From: Octopus bimaculoides | Lineage: Eukaryota | Assembly: GCF_001194135.2 (NCBI RefSeq) | Contig: NC_068986.1 | Location: 81,403,967 to 81,467,966, forward strand | DNA: 64,000 nt | Reading direction: 5' to 3' | Shown: in pieces, positions 34,068 through 48,712 of the stretch | How positions within the stretch are numbered: the stretch's first letter is position 1 | How the letters are laid out: each line of letters starts with the position of its first letter | The notes under the pieces: generated by a model | Database searches by the model: none | What the model was told of the DNA's origin: nothing | The model's input: only the letters and a program-made list of their open reading frames with translations | Position numbers and translations under genes: made by a program

Positions 34068-34271
34068 CATGCTGAGCAATATGCTTAGCAACATTTTGTC
34101 CATCTTCACATTCTGAGTTCAAATTTTACCAAGTTCAGCTTTGCCTTTCATCCTTTTGGGGTCAATAAATTAAGTACCAGTTGAGTACTGGGGTTGATGT
34201 AATCAACTAGTTCCCTCCCACTTGTGCCTCTAGTAGAAAGTATTATTATTGTTGTTAATTATTATTATTAT

Positions 34272-34310
<39 letters not shown>

Positions 34311-34530
34311 CAGTAGTAGTAGTATACGCAACATCGTCAGCATATCGAATAAAATACTTAGTAGCTTTCCTTCTGATTCTTTACATTCTGAGTTCAAATA
34401 CTTCCATGGTCAACTTTGCCTTTCATCCTCTCTGGATCAATGAAACAAAGTACCAGTCATATACTGGGGTTGATGTAACCAGTTAATCTCCTGTCACTAA
34501 AACTGCTGGCCTTGTGCCAAAATTTGAAAC
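33870..34530 (+). mobile_element. Head-to-tail array of three SINE family B copies separated by (TAG)n/(TAT)n
   Basis: Repeated TTCTGAGTTCAAAT...CTTTGCCTTTCATCC...AAGTACCAGT core. Confidence 0.8.
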
Positions 34531-35066
34531 AGTTATTATTATTTTCTGAAGTATGCTCTGGCTTCTTATTATAAATACATGGTCAACTGATGAGGAGCAT
34601 CATATTTGTAAGATCAAATAGTTGAACAAAAACAAAACATGTACAACACCTGGTAAAAACAAATATAACATGTACAACACCTGGTAAAAACAAACAATGC
34701 CTACATTGTGTATCCTGCATGGAGTAAATATCCGGGTTATAAATAAATATTCATATTAATAATATAATATTTATAGAGTTAACAAATAAATAAAACAGAA
34801 CACAGCATATAGTACATCCAATTACAAATGATCAGTAAAAGTATATTACATATGTATCAGAATTAAAAACCTTATCATCAACACAAACTACAAATCTATA
34901 GACCATAGGAATGTTCCTTAAGTAAGCAATATAAGAATGTAAATATAAGAAAAAAATCTAACTTAAACTGCTATGTCAGACACACAAATGTCTGGCTGGC
35001 CTTGTATTTGCAATAAGGAGCCATTACCATACATTATACCTCAGAACATAAAACTAGATAGAAATA

Positions 35067-35437
35067 GGCCCAGGAGTGGCTGTGTGGTAAGTAGCTTGCT
35101 TACCAACCACATGGTTCCGGGTTCAGTCCCACTGCATGGCATCTTGGGCAAGTGTCTTCTACTATAGCCTCGGGCCGACCAAAGTCTTGTGAGTGGATTT
35201 GGTAGACGGAAACTGAAAGAAGGCCATCGTATATGTGTGTATGTGTTTGTCCCCCTAGCATTGCTTAACAACTGATGCTGGTGTGTTTACGTCCCCGTAA
35301 CTTAGCGGTTCAGCAAAAAGAGACCGATAGAATAAGTACTAGGCTTACAAAGAATAAGTCCTGGGGTCGATTTGCTCGACTAAAGGCGGTGCCCCAGCAT
35401 GGCTGCAGTTAAATGACTGAAACAAGTAAAAGAGTAA
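35067..35437 (+). mobile_element. Intact tRNA-derived SINE (family A)
   Basis: Box A TGGCTGTGTGGTAAG, box B GGTTCAGTCCC, internal microsatellite, TAAAAGAG tail; other copies near 640-780, 4590-4710, 6200-6620, 32440-32590, 43930-44300, 47530-47840, 56420-56580, 61615-61745, 62030-62370. Confidence 0.85.
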
Positions 35438-36669
35438 ATGAATAACACTAACATTATGTAAAAATTCACAGTGTATTACAATATTAGCAATAAAAGCCAT
35501 GTTAGAAATGATAAACAATTTTTTCGATCTATTAAAATTAAAAGAGTTAAATGTTAAAGGTAAAAGGGTGCAAAAAGAATGGAAAAAGCATAATGTTAAC
35601 AAAACTTGTTAAGTCCCTGTATTGAGGAAGGTATATGTGAGCAAGGAAGATAATTGATGGTATCTATGGTAGAAAAACCTGGGGAAGCTACACATGGCAG
35701 ACATAGTTAGTGGAGTTACATAAGATATAGGAAAACTAGAGAGAGTACTTGTAGTTAGGCAAAGTACAGGGACAGGCAGTGGAGGGTATTTGTAACAAGG
35801 GAAGATGAGACAAAGTAACTGTGGCAGAGGCAGACTGATGGAGAAAAGTACCCATGGTAGACTGCAGTTGGGGAGCATTGTGAAAGATATTTATATTAAT
35901 GGTAAATATAGGGAAAAGTGGTGAGATCAGAGAAAAGAAAGTAAAGGATGAAGGCAAATGGGAAATAAATATAGATGATAATGATGACAGTGATGATGAT
36001 GACTATGATTTTAAGAATAAACACCTTTCATCTATTGTGATATCAGAATTAGTTTCTCAGTTACACACCATTAATTGTATTATTCTTTTACTATTTACAA
36101 ACATATTACATCATATACACCAAATATAACAGTGGCTAGTTGAACTAAGCTGAACAATATTCCCTGAAGTATGTCCAGGCGAGAGACAATCACAGTGTTA
36201 GACAATTCAGACGATTACACTGACCTAAGTCATTAGGTGACTAACTCTCACTTGTAAAGAACTACTGACCTCAGTGAAATAGTTTTCAGTCTGTAATTTC
36301 ATTTGTATCATGGCCACCAACTAAAAATGGTTACAATTATTTTGTGTCAATGGTGCACCTGAGGACAGTTATCTCTCGACACGACACTGAAACTTTTCTG
36401 GTAAACAATTCACTTGATTGCATTCCGAACTCAGGATTCTAAAAATCTGTTGCACCTTATTGTGTGTTATCCCTGGCATAATTGTCCCTTATCACCGCAC
36501 AATGTCACTGAAGTTAAGTTATTAATTTTATGTTTTATTTGCTTTCTTCATAATCATTATTTGTTTTTCTGGTAAAAATAGTTTTATCTAAACAACAATG
36601 CTCTGTTACTGGCTGTAACATCAGTACTATCATTATGTATGCATGTAACTTTACACACTTATATATGTG

Positions 36670-37240
<571 letters not shown>

Positions 37241-37246
37241 CATATA

Positions 37247-37463
37247 CAAGGGGTTACTGAAAAGTTCCTGGCTTTAAGGGCATCGTGAAAGGCCTAGTCG
37301 GAGGCCCAACCTTCTGAGTCTTTTTACAAAGTTTAGAAAACCTGAAGGACCTTTGCAATAAAAGTGTGAACCTGAGAGGGAAATATTTTGATTAAAATCA
37401 TAACTAACTGAGCCTCCTATATTTTCTTTTATCCAAAGCCAGGAACTTTTCAGCACCCCCTTG
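37247..37463. mobile_element. Mariner-type MITE (~217 bp)
   Basis: TIR CAAGGGG.T.CTGAAAAGTTCCTGGCTTT at both ends; TA at left, TG at right. Confidence 0.8.
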
Positions 37464-38336
37464 TGTGTGTGTGTGTGTGTGTGTGAGCACGCAAATGTGT
37501 GTGTGTATTTATAAATTCAAATTATGCAATAAAAGCAGATCTACAATGTACACATTATCTATGCAATATACTTACCATACATGTGTTGTTTAAATGTTAG
37601 AAGCTGCAGTTTTTCACCCAAGAAAATCCCGTTAAAGACAGATAGTGTTAATAAAAAGGTAAAACACATACCTATCTCTGAAGTATATTGTACTTTTTTT
37701 AATACTATATATCTTTAATAGGACTTTTCCTATTTAAAATGCCACACATGGTGTTTAAACAACACATGTACATTAAGTATGTAGTATTGATAATATTTAT
37801 ATATACATATATATAATAAATATATAAGAAATGTATACTCATATTTTTGTATATGTACAATAATTTTTATTTAATACATTCAGTGTGTTAGTTCATATTA
37901 AGTTCTATAATTCTTGGGGAGGCATTGTCCATTTTGTAGATATTTCTCTGTTTTTCTATGTAGTATTTTTTAAATGTCTGTGCTTTGTAACTATAAGTAT
38001 ATGTTGAGTTATGTTTGAGATTTGATGTTTGTATTTGTGATATTAAGCAGGTGTAGACAAAATGAATATATTGCTTTAATATTTCACTCCTGCTTATTTT
38101 CTCTTGATTCCCAAACAGTGTTTATGATTTTGATGCTGTTGACATTACCGGATTGAATGATACTGCCCAGGTGTCAAAACTATAATGAAATCTATTAGAC
38201 AGCTGATGATGGATGTATACGTTTGATGTACTTACTGGCTATGAATCTTTTGTATGTTCTTGTGTTTCTAAGTTGTTCTTCACTGAAGTCCTAGTTCTCA
38301 TAGGATTGAAATTGTATGAGAGTTCTTGGTTTATGG

Positions 38337-38628
38337 TAGTTTTGTCATTTATATTATACTATACATTGATATTGCATGATTGTTCTTATAGACACATGCA
38401 TGCATACATACATACATACATACATACATACATACATACATACACACACACATACATGCATACATACGTACATACACCCACATACACACACACACACATA
38501 TGATGTGTGTATGTCTCCCTGTCTTGAGACCGTGTATGTATGTATGTATGTATGTATGTATGCATGCATGTGTCTATAAGAACAATCATGCAATATCAAT
38601 GTATAGTATAATATAAATGACAAAACTA
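38337..38628. repeat. Perfect 95-bp inverted repeat (arms 38337-38431 and 38534-38628) around a 102-bp spacer
   Basis: 67 bp of unique sequence plus 7 ATAC units mirrored without mismatch. Confidence 0.92.
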
Positions 38629-39509
38629 TGGTGTCAGCAAATGTCACCATCATATAAGGAGCGTTGTTCAATTACAATCTTCCATAAAAATATGCCTGGC
38701 CTTTGGAAACATGTTTGGGTTGGCAACAGGAAGTGCATCTGCCCATAGAAAACTTATCTCTACAAATTTTGCCTAACTCATTCAAGTATAGAAAATGGAT
38801 GTTAAAATATGACTTGCTTTGGCCCTCAACTCCCAATGGAATCAGAAAGTATCATGAATAGAGCCATAACATATGGTGTATCTTGGGTATTTTCAGACAT
38901 GACAGCGCCCATCATTCTTCAGAGAAAGGAAGAGAGATAGACAGAAAGAAAGACTGATAGAAAAAAGGAATTGACACCCACCTCGTAAAGGAATAGTGCT
39001 TTATTTACTGGCACTGAAAAGATGCAAAGCAAAGTTGGCTTCACCAGTATTTCAACTCAGAATGCAGAAGCTCAGTATATTGCCATGAGACAGTCTATCC
39101 AATGCTCTAACAACTTGGCCAGTTCAACACATTATACTTGTGTGTCTCTATGTGTATGTGTGAAGGTGCATGGCCTGGTCGTTTGGAGTGTTTGACTTAC
39201 ACTCATAAGGTTGTGGGTTCACTTTCTGAACCCAGTATCAGGTTGTGTCTTTGGGTAAAGCACATTATTTCACATTGCTCCAACCTACTCAGCTGTAAAT
39301 GAGCATTAGCCTTGTACTGGTGCAACCCTTCCTCATATTGGATGGTGATGAAGTGGCTAAGAATGTTGAAACACTGCATTAAAATCAAAGGTTCTGAGTC
39401 CAAATTCAGCAAAAGACACCATATTTATTGTATAGTCATACACATATACATAGCACTTAGATAATCTCAAAGGTAATAGAGACAGCTATTAAACAACTTT
39501 CTCATTCAC

Positions 39510-39633
39510 CTTGAATCTTTCTCCCTCCTTCATCACAACAAGAACAGTTTTCATAAAGACGGGTCTGCAGCTGAGCTGCACTCACATCATACTTCAGTGA
39601 GTTCTCACCTTCAAGAAGATAGGAGTTGGACAC
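39510..39633 (-). other. Candidate coding exon of an unidentified gene (VSNSYLLEGENSLKYDVSAAQLQTRLYENCSCCDEGGRKIQ)
   Basis: ttttag acceptor, AAG|GTGAAT donor, single open frame over 124 nt, GC above background; no family recognised. Confidence 0.4.
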
Positions 39634-40629
39634 CTAAAAGTTACAGAGATCGAATTGATTAAAACAGTGTTAAAGAAAACAAAACATGAAGATTTTAATT
39701 CTTTTGTGTCAAAGACTCTTTTTATGTAAAATTTAACATACATAACCTATTTACAAATGTATGAAGTGATCTATAAATTAAAAAACTGTAACTCATGAGC
39801 TCGATCCTAACAATTTTTAATTAGTATTCAGGTGAATGCCTAAAAATAATTTCATATCAAAGTAGCAGTGTAGTCTGATATAACAATTTATTACGTACTG
39901 TTAATTATTTACTTAGGTAACTTTTAATAATTAAATTGTTCTTTCTAAGCGATTGTCAAGAACATTACGATAAATACCCGCTCTTATATAAACAAAAACA
40001 ATCCGTAAGTTTAAAACTCGTTCAGTCTCAAGGTGAGAGCAAATTATTTACCTGTTTACAGACAGGAAAATATCTTTGAAGTGTATAAGTAAAAAGCAAC
40101 TTTAGGAAAGAAAAATAAATAACCATGTTGCAAACGGATAATAGAACTGTTTCTCTTTCTGCTTTTGTATTTAAATAAATAATTAACAACAAAAGAGAAG
40201 AATTAAAAAATGATTTTCTTTTTTAAATAATTAAATAAACTGTGCCAAAATCTGTTAAGGTTTGGGTAGAAATACTATTTTTCTTTCAGTTGAAATGTAG
40301 AATGTCTGGCAAAAACTTTACTGAATTATAAAAGAATTAATCTGCCTTATGTAATTTTGAGAGTAATCTAAATCTTGTTGGAACTATTATGATATGATTT
40401 TTCTCAAAGAAAATCATGATTACTTTAAATGATGGTAACAATGTTCTATTATATTTTTGTTCTAGCTGATAGTAGGGAGAAGTATGAGGTTCTGAAGGGG
40501 GAAAGCAACTGAGCCCAAAACCCATTTAAATTTTCTCACCACTCAGAGAAATACAAACATCACAATTTGATTCTCGTCTGTAAACCTTTGGTCAGTTGTC
40601 ATCATTTTTGTTGTTGTTGTTGTCATTTT

Positions 40630-41560
40630 CATTTTCTTGATTTAAATTCCTACTCTTATAAACTGTATCATAAACCAAACAAGAAACTTTCATCCATACA
40701 TAAACAGTCCTGTTACCCCCTGTAGTATTTAAAAACCTGATAGCTAACATAAGTAATAGGATATGAAATCTCTTTTCTAAACAAATATTTGATAAGGCAG
40801 CCCCCTGTTATAACAATGCCCTAACTAACAGTAGCTTCAAAGATAATATATATTACAACCCTGAAGGGTTGTTATATAACTTATCATAAAAATATACCTA
40901 AAAATAGACCTAGGAAAATAATTTGGCTTACCCCTCCTTTCTTCCTAAATGTTAAGACTACCAAATTCATGTCTATTTTAGATAAACTTTTCCCAATAAA
41001 GCACAAATACAGGAAGATTTTTAACAGACACTCAATTAAGATATCATACAGCTGCTGCCCCAATATGAAGAACATTATAACTTGTGAAAATCACCAAGAG
41101 CCCACTCTCAGTTGTAGCTGTTAAGACCCTGAAGCTTGTCCACTTCACCTGGCTTGTATGATAAACTCCGTGATATACGAGACAGAAGTAACAGTACTGC
41201 TTCAAGATAAATCAATTGAGAAAAAAATTACATCAGGTTATGTGAAAGGGTTTAAAAAAACATTATGCTTATATTCTTCCAGCACATGGACAAAAATAAT
41301 GCAGCTAAGCTGGCTAGCCATGGATGGAGTTTCAAGACCAGCTCCTTACTGTATACAATCAAGTGGAGAATCATGGAGATCCAAGCCTGGATCTATGAAA
41401 TGCAACTTATGTGTAACAGAAAGATCTCATCTTCTTAGATCTAAGAATACCAACACACTACTTAATTCCAAATCTGAAACTTTTAGCAGGTGTGAACACA
41501 CAGACAGGTTTCTTTTGTCAAATTAGAGGACACTAACCACTTTGGATTGAGTTGCTGTCT
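40630..41560 (+). mobile_element. Penelope-like retroelement, 3' part (RT thumb/linker plus GIY-YIG endonuclease), degraded
   Basis: IFDKAAP.YNNAL, RKIIWLTPPF, KIFNRHSIKISYSCCPNM, C.C...CPL...C..NSVIY, KCNLCVTE..LLNSKSE.FSRC.H..RFLL. Confidence 0.85.
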
Positions 41561-41836
41561 TGCAGAATTTGATTATGTCTTGCAGAATTTGATTGTTATT
41601 TTGTTCTATACCATGTGCATTAATTGTGGTTTCTGCAATCAGAGAAGATGGAGATCTTAGTTTTCTTGCTTCTGTTTCTTTCTTCTTCTTTCATTTTTTG
41701 CATCAACCTTCTTTACATTGTTCTTCTTGTTTTATCTTATTTTTTCACTGTCTAGTATCCTTGTTTGTAAAATATATATAATGCATAAACAGAGCCTGAA
41801 AGATTGCTTGGAGATGCAGGGCATATTTCATAAATA

Positions 41837-42690
41837 CATGGTCTGATCAATAAGTATCCGGACTGTTGCCATAGTAACTAAGTTAAAGCACATAGAGTGA
41901 AGTGGCTTTGTACAGATTAACCTTGCATGTGCACTAAGTTTCAACATTTTAGCTCACTTCCGCTGTTTATGGCAGTGCTTGGAAGGAAGGTGTGTAGTGT
42001 ATGATTGTCACATTGATCATGACGAAGAAAGTTGAGCAGAGAATCTGAGCAAAGTTAAGCAGAAATTTTGCTAAAGGCTTGGTGATACCTGCTCAGAAGC
42101 CTACACAACATTTTCAAAAAGGTTTCATCATTCTCGACACAATCAAGGAGATCTTGTGCGACTGAAACCCAAACTTGGCAGACACATATTTCATACCCAA
42201 ATCTTCAATGATAATGGACTGAACTGAACTGTAACTAATCTGCACATCCTCTAATAACTCATGGATAGTGATTTGACGATTTACCTTCACAGCTGCATGC
42301 ACATCTGCAATGTTTTTCTCAGTTCTGCTGGTTGCAGGTCACCAAAAACATTCGTCAAGGTTGACATTTTTCGGTCATCTTGGAAACGTCTGAACCCCTC
42401 GTACACTTGTGTGTAGCTCTTACATTCCTCTCCATACACTTTCTGCAACCTTGCATAGGTCTCTGAGCAGGTATCACCATGACAACTTTCTCTGTCATGG
42501 TCAATGTGACAATCACACGCTACACACCTTCCTTCCTTCCAAGCACTGCTGTAAACAGCAGAAGTGAGTCAGAATATTAAAACTTATTGTGCATGCTCAA
42601 CAGAGTTCAAGGTCAATCTGTGCTAAGCAGCTTCATTCTGTGTGCTTTAGCTTCGTTACTATGGCAACAGTACTTATTGATCAGACCTCA
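41837..42690. mobile_element. Mariner derivative built from two inverted 5' ends
   Basis: TA-C/TG.GGTCTGATCAATAAGTA..CTGTTGCCATAGTAAC at both ends; about 270 bp of subterminal sequence repeated in inverted orientation; N-terminal transposase remnant on minus strand. Confidence 0.8.
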
Positions 42691-43696
42691 TATGCCAAGT
42701 TAAAATATCATAAAAGCATGAAACTATTAGTAGCTTTTTTTGTTGTGTATTAAATTGATGTGTGTGTGTGCGTGTGTGTGTGTATGTGTGTGTGTGTGTG
42801 TGTGTTGTGTATGTTTTGATGCAGCAGCATCAAAATCATTATCATCATTTTAGATCTCCTTTCCATGTTAGCGGAGATTGGAGAACTTGTCCCAATCTGA
42901 GTTATATCTAATTGGGAATAACTACTTTCACAGACTGGTGCTGGTACATGCCATTTGGTTTGGTTTCTATGCTTGAATGCTTTTCCTATCATCAGCCATT
43001 CTACAGAGTGAAATGGGTACATTTTTTTATGTTACCTATCCACACTAGAAAAGTCAATAAGTTCTCAATGAGAAAGGGCTAAAGAGAGACACACATGCAC
43101 ACATTTGTGTGTGTTGTGTTTGTGCAAGCACACACGTATGTATGCACGTGTGTGTGTATGTCCTAGTCTTGATATTGCATGTTAATTGTAAACAAACATC
43201 ATCATTCAAGCAATATCATATAAGCATATTTGCAATCTTCTGAAAAGACATATGTAGCCAGTGCTCTGTTTCGATTTGAAAGTCTGGGAGAAACACGCAT
43301 ATTACTTTGCTGGGAAACTGGTGAGAGTTGCTGACAGAAAAAACATCCAGTCAGGCAAAAATCTACCTTAATGAATTTTGTCTGACCCATCCAAGCATGA
43401 AAAAGTAGGCATTAAAACAATGATGATGATGGTGGTAGTGGAGATGATGACGACGACGACGATGACGACGATGATGACAATGACGACAATGATGACGACG
43501 ATGACAACATATGCATCTATTTACTGTGTTCTATATGCCCATTTTCTTTAAGCAGTTATTGTCAGTTTATTTTTTTTTAAATGTTGGAGTGAATATGTTA
43601 GGTCATTAGTGTGACATATGATGGGATGGCTGTTGTTGGAGTTGAAACTAACAGATCATCTTACAGTTTGGTGATCACTCCTCGGAGAAGGCATAC

Positions 43697-43767
43697 CTGA
43701 CTTTCTTCTTGTTTAATATGCTAGCTGAATGCTCTATACCGTTGACTGGAGGAAGAAGTTCAATATG
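43697..43767 (-). other. Candidate coding exon (HIELLPPVNGIEHSASILNKKKV)
   Basis: ctcctcatag acceptor, CAG|GTATGC donor, only one open frame; phase-compatible with 40052-40073. Confidence 0.35.
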
Positions 43768-45183
43768 CTATGAGGAGCAAGTCAACAACCTCTGAACTGA
43801 TCAATCAGGAGACTCTCTTCCTATTTTTTTGTTTTGATTTTTATTTTGCACATAACTGTCACAGAAAGAATATATTTACATTCTTTTTTCATCCTCAGTA
43901 AGGCTCTGTAATATCTGAATTTAGTGTGGATGTGTAGTAAGTAGCTTGTTTCTCAACCACGTGGTTTCAGGTTCAGTCCCACTGCATGGCACTTTTAATG
44001 TAAGTGTCTTCTACTATAGCCCCAGATCAACCAAGGTCTTGTGAGTGGATTTAATAGGCAGAAACTGAAAGAAGCCTGTCATATTTGTGTGTGGGGGGGT
44101 GCATGGGGGGGGTCTGTATGTGTGTGTGTACATATGTGTTTTACTGTGGTCTCCTTGCTTTGACATCGTATGGTGTCTGGTTATGGAAAATATTACCTTG
44201 CCTGGAAACAGGTGGGGGTTGGTGACAGGAAGGACATCCAGCCATAGAAATTCTGCCTAACCCGTGTGAACATGGAAAAGTGACTGATAAACTGGTGATG
44301 ACGACCATGACAATGATGATGATAATTTGTGTTCACCAGATTTGCTGTATTGTGCATAAAACAGATAAAATTAAAATGGTTTTATGCTTTTTAAACTTGT
44401 CCAGCATCATGATGAAGAGAGAAGAATTATACAGAAGCAAACTCTATTTTGGATGGTCCCTGGCAGGAAAAATGTCATCAAAGGGGAGAGAATCTCTTTT
44501 CAGTTAAATTCTTAAGTTAGACATATTTCAATTCTTTCTTCTTTTTTGTTTGTTTTTCTTTTCTCATTAATAAAAAAGAAGGTGCAGACACACAAAATTT
44601 CACTTTTGGCAGGTGAAGTAGCAGTATTTGTCAGTTCAAGAACCACTGGAATAGTGGTAATGGTGGTGGTAGTGGTGGATAATAATAGTGGTCGTAGCTG
44701 TGGTAATGGTGGTGGCGATGGCAGCAGTGGGGGTGGTAGCAGTGGCAGTGATGGGTGGTGGTGGTGGTGGTGGTGGTGGTGGTAGTAGTAAGTGGTAGTA
44801 AGTATGTACAACTCCCACCGATGAACATTTGGCATTATGATGTTCGTTGGTTTCACTTTACATTGTTGTTAGATAATCTACTCCCTAACCTGATGATGTA
44901 AGCAAAACACACAGACACCACACCTGTAACAGTCAAAAGTATATTCCCAACCTCTCTCTCTCTCTCTCCCTCTCCCACTCCCCCTCTCTCTCCCTCTCCC
45001 ACTCCCCCCTCTCTCTCTTTCTCTCTAAAACTTTGCTTCAGTGATAAGATTAAAGTCTAGTTTGTAGAGTTATTTACTGCTTGGTACTAAAGGGAGGAAT
45101 CATAAGAGATGGTTTGTTTTATCTAAATCAGAAGTACTCACTGTTGCAGTCACTGGAATTATGCCTGATATACTTCCTCTAAG

Positions 45184-45215
<32 letters not shown>

Positions 45216-45467
45216 TTCTGAATATTAGTGTTGGATGGTATATAATGACGGTTTAGATGGTATGTTGGGTTGTAAATGGCATGTAAAGGTCATGGGTGGG
45301 CCTATGAAGATCAGAGCTGGAACACCTCTGATCAAAGCTACTTTTGTCAGAGATAGCAAACTTGAGGCAAGTATCACTAACAACAAAGCATGTATTCTAC
45401 ACAATCTGTCTTTCAATCACTACTGCTGCTGCTGCTACTACTACCACTACTACTACTACTGCTGCTG

Positions 45468-45512
<45 letters not shown>

Positions 45513-45786
45513 AGCATTTTGCCCAGCATGCTAACAATTCTACCAGCTTGCTGCAATAATAATAACAATCCTTTCTGCTATAAGTAAAAGGCCTGAAATT
45601 TTGGGGGAGAGGTTAGGTCGATTACATCAACCCCAGTACTCGACTGGTACTTAATTTATCAACCCCAAAAGGATGAAAGGCAAAGCTGACCGTTGGCAGA
45701 ATTTGAACTCAGAACGTAAAGACAGACAAAATGCCTCTAAGCATTTTTGGCTGGTGTGCTAATGCTTCTGCCAGCTTACCGCCTTC

Positions 45787-45861
<75 letters not shown>

Positions 45862-48108
45862 GTGTCAAATATAGTGCACCCATCCTGAAATGGACACGAG
45901 TGGAGATTAACTAATTTGATTGCATTACCAGAAAAACAATGACAATGCACGATGCCCTCTACCCTAAGGTGAACGTACATAGATTCTACATGAAAAGGTG
46001 TAAAGGTGAACATCACAAGAAAAGTAGATACATAGATTGAAAGAAAAGATGATACATAGATATATACACATATTGTTAAATTAAAAATGGGAAAGAGGAG
46101 GGATACAGAGGAAATGAGAGACAGTAGATACATAGATCGAAAGAAAAGTTGATACTTAGATACATAGACACATTGTTAAATCAAAGACAAATAATTACAG
46201 CAAATCTTGGATGTCACTTTCACTTTTCATTACCACATGAGGATAAAATTAATTTGCAAGTGGTTGAGTATTCCATACACATGCATACCATTAACGTAGT
46301 TCTCAGGGAGATTCAGCCTCACAAAAAATATGACAAGGCTGGCTCTTTTGAATTATAACTCATTTTGGCCAGCTGAGTGGACTGGAGCAAGATAAACCTT
46401 CAAGTGGTTGGAAGAAAACGAAAAATGATCTTATATAGGGACAGGAAAATCTTTTTAGCTATTAGGGTCACTATGGGTGTTAATCTTGTCCTAACAGTAG
46501 CATTTGTGGGTCTCACAAATGTGGAGGCCAAACCCCCAGATAAACACTAATGTGCAGTCTATTGTTATCAAACTGAGCAGGAGTCGAGGGCAAATACATG
46601 ACGGAATAGCAATTATTTCGTCTTGGCTTTCTCTACTTATACTGAACATATGACATTTTTGCCTTATGATATGGAACATTTCCTTTTCTTTCACTTTCTT
46701 TAAAAAATGGCACTCCGTCGGTTACAAGGTTCCTGTTTATCTGATCACTGGAACAGTCTGCTCATAAAATTAACATGCAAGTGGCTGAGTACTCCACAGA
46801 CATGCATACCTAATATTGTTCTCAGGGAGATTCAACCTCACACAGAATGTGACAAGGCTGACCCCTTTGAATTACAGCTACAACTCATTTTTGCCAGCTG
46901 AGTGGACTGCAGCAAGGTGAAGTAGAGTACCTTGCTCAAGAACACAATGCATCGCAGGGAATCATACTCATGACTTCACAATCGTGGACCGAATACCCCT
47001 AACCACTGAGCCATGCATCTTCACTCTCTTAACCATAAAGAAAAGGAGTGAAAGTGATAGAGACAGAGAAAGGAAAGCGTCAGTCATTTACAATGGCAAT
47101 TAGACTGAAATACGATTGATCTTTTCTAGCTTCTTTACTATTAACAATGAAAAAGGAAAGACATTTAGTAATGAATAGAGGGAAAGTCTTTCAGGTGTTT
47201 ACATTTTTATTCTGGGAGTTCTAAAACAATCAAATGTTAGTGCTCTCTTCTTTCCTCTATCCTCGGTATTTATTCGCCTTCTTTCATAATTTTTCATGTC
47301 TTTTAGATGGGGGGAAAGACCATGCTTTTCTTTCAGGCATGTTTAACATTTTCTCTACAAACAAGCCCCACTCCCTAACTTTCTTTTTTTCATACAAAAA
47401 CTAATGCAAATTTCGAACGGGGTATAGCTGTGAAAAGAGCCCACAAAAATGGGTAATACCCCCCTACAAAATAGGTGGGGGAGAAAAGTTGCCAGCAGGT
47501 TGCTACACGAAATTCAACTCATACTTTAAAGACTGTCTTCTACTATAGCCTCAGGTCAATCAAAGACTTGTGAGTGAATTTGGTAGATAGAAACTGAAAG
47601 AAGCCTGCCATATATATGTATGTATGTATATATTTATGCGTTTATGTCTGTGTTTGTCCCCTCCCCACCGATGTTGGTGTGTTTGCGTCCCTGTAACCTA
47701 GCTGTTCCACAGGAGAGACTGATAGAATAAGCACTAGACTTACAGGGAATAAGTTAAGAGGTCAATTTCTTTGACTAAAGGGTGGTGCTCCAGCATGCCA
47801 CTGTCAAATGACTGAAAGAAGTAAAATAATAAAAGAATACCAGAAAAACGTTCCATACCACTAAACCAAGAAGGTTCTCTGAATATGCATGATGTATTTT
47901 AAGGCTAAATAGTAATTCTGTTTACATTTGCATAACTGAGGTATTTTGGTTGGATTATAGTCATTGGTTTTACACTTGTTTCTATATTCTGTAAGTGTCA
48001 CAATATAGAAACGTTTCTCATGGCACCAGCACACAATTTACAGATGCTTACATTTTTTATGTTTCCTGTGAAGTTTTCACAGATCCAGCTTGTAAAAATA
48101 GTAATAGT

Positions 48109-48712
<604 letters not shown>

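Noticed and set aside
34630-34690. Two ~28-bp direct repeats (also 21005-21080 and 41546-41595)
   Set aside because: Only two adjacent units without unique spacers; local slippage duplications, not CRISPR, and the DNA is eukaryotic.
32940-35140. tRNA-like sequences with box A and box B at SINE heads (near 33030 and 35067)
   Set aside because: They continue into SINE bodies and lack a complete cloverleaf; not tRNA genes.
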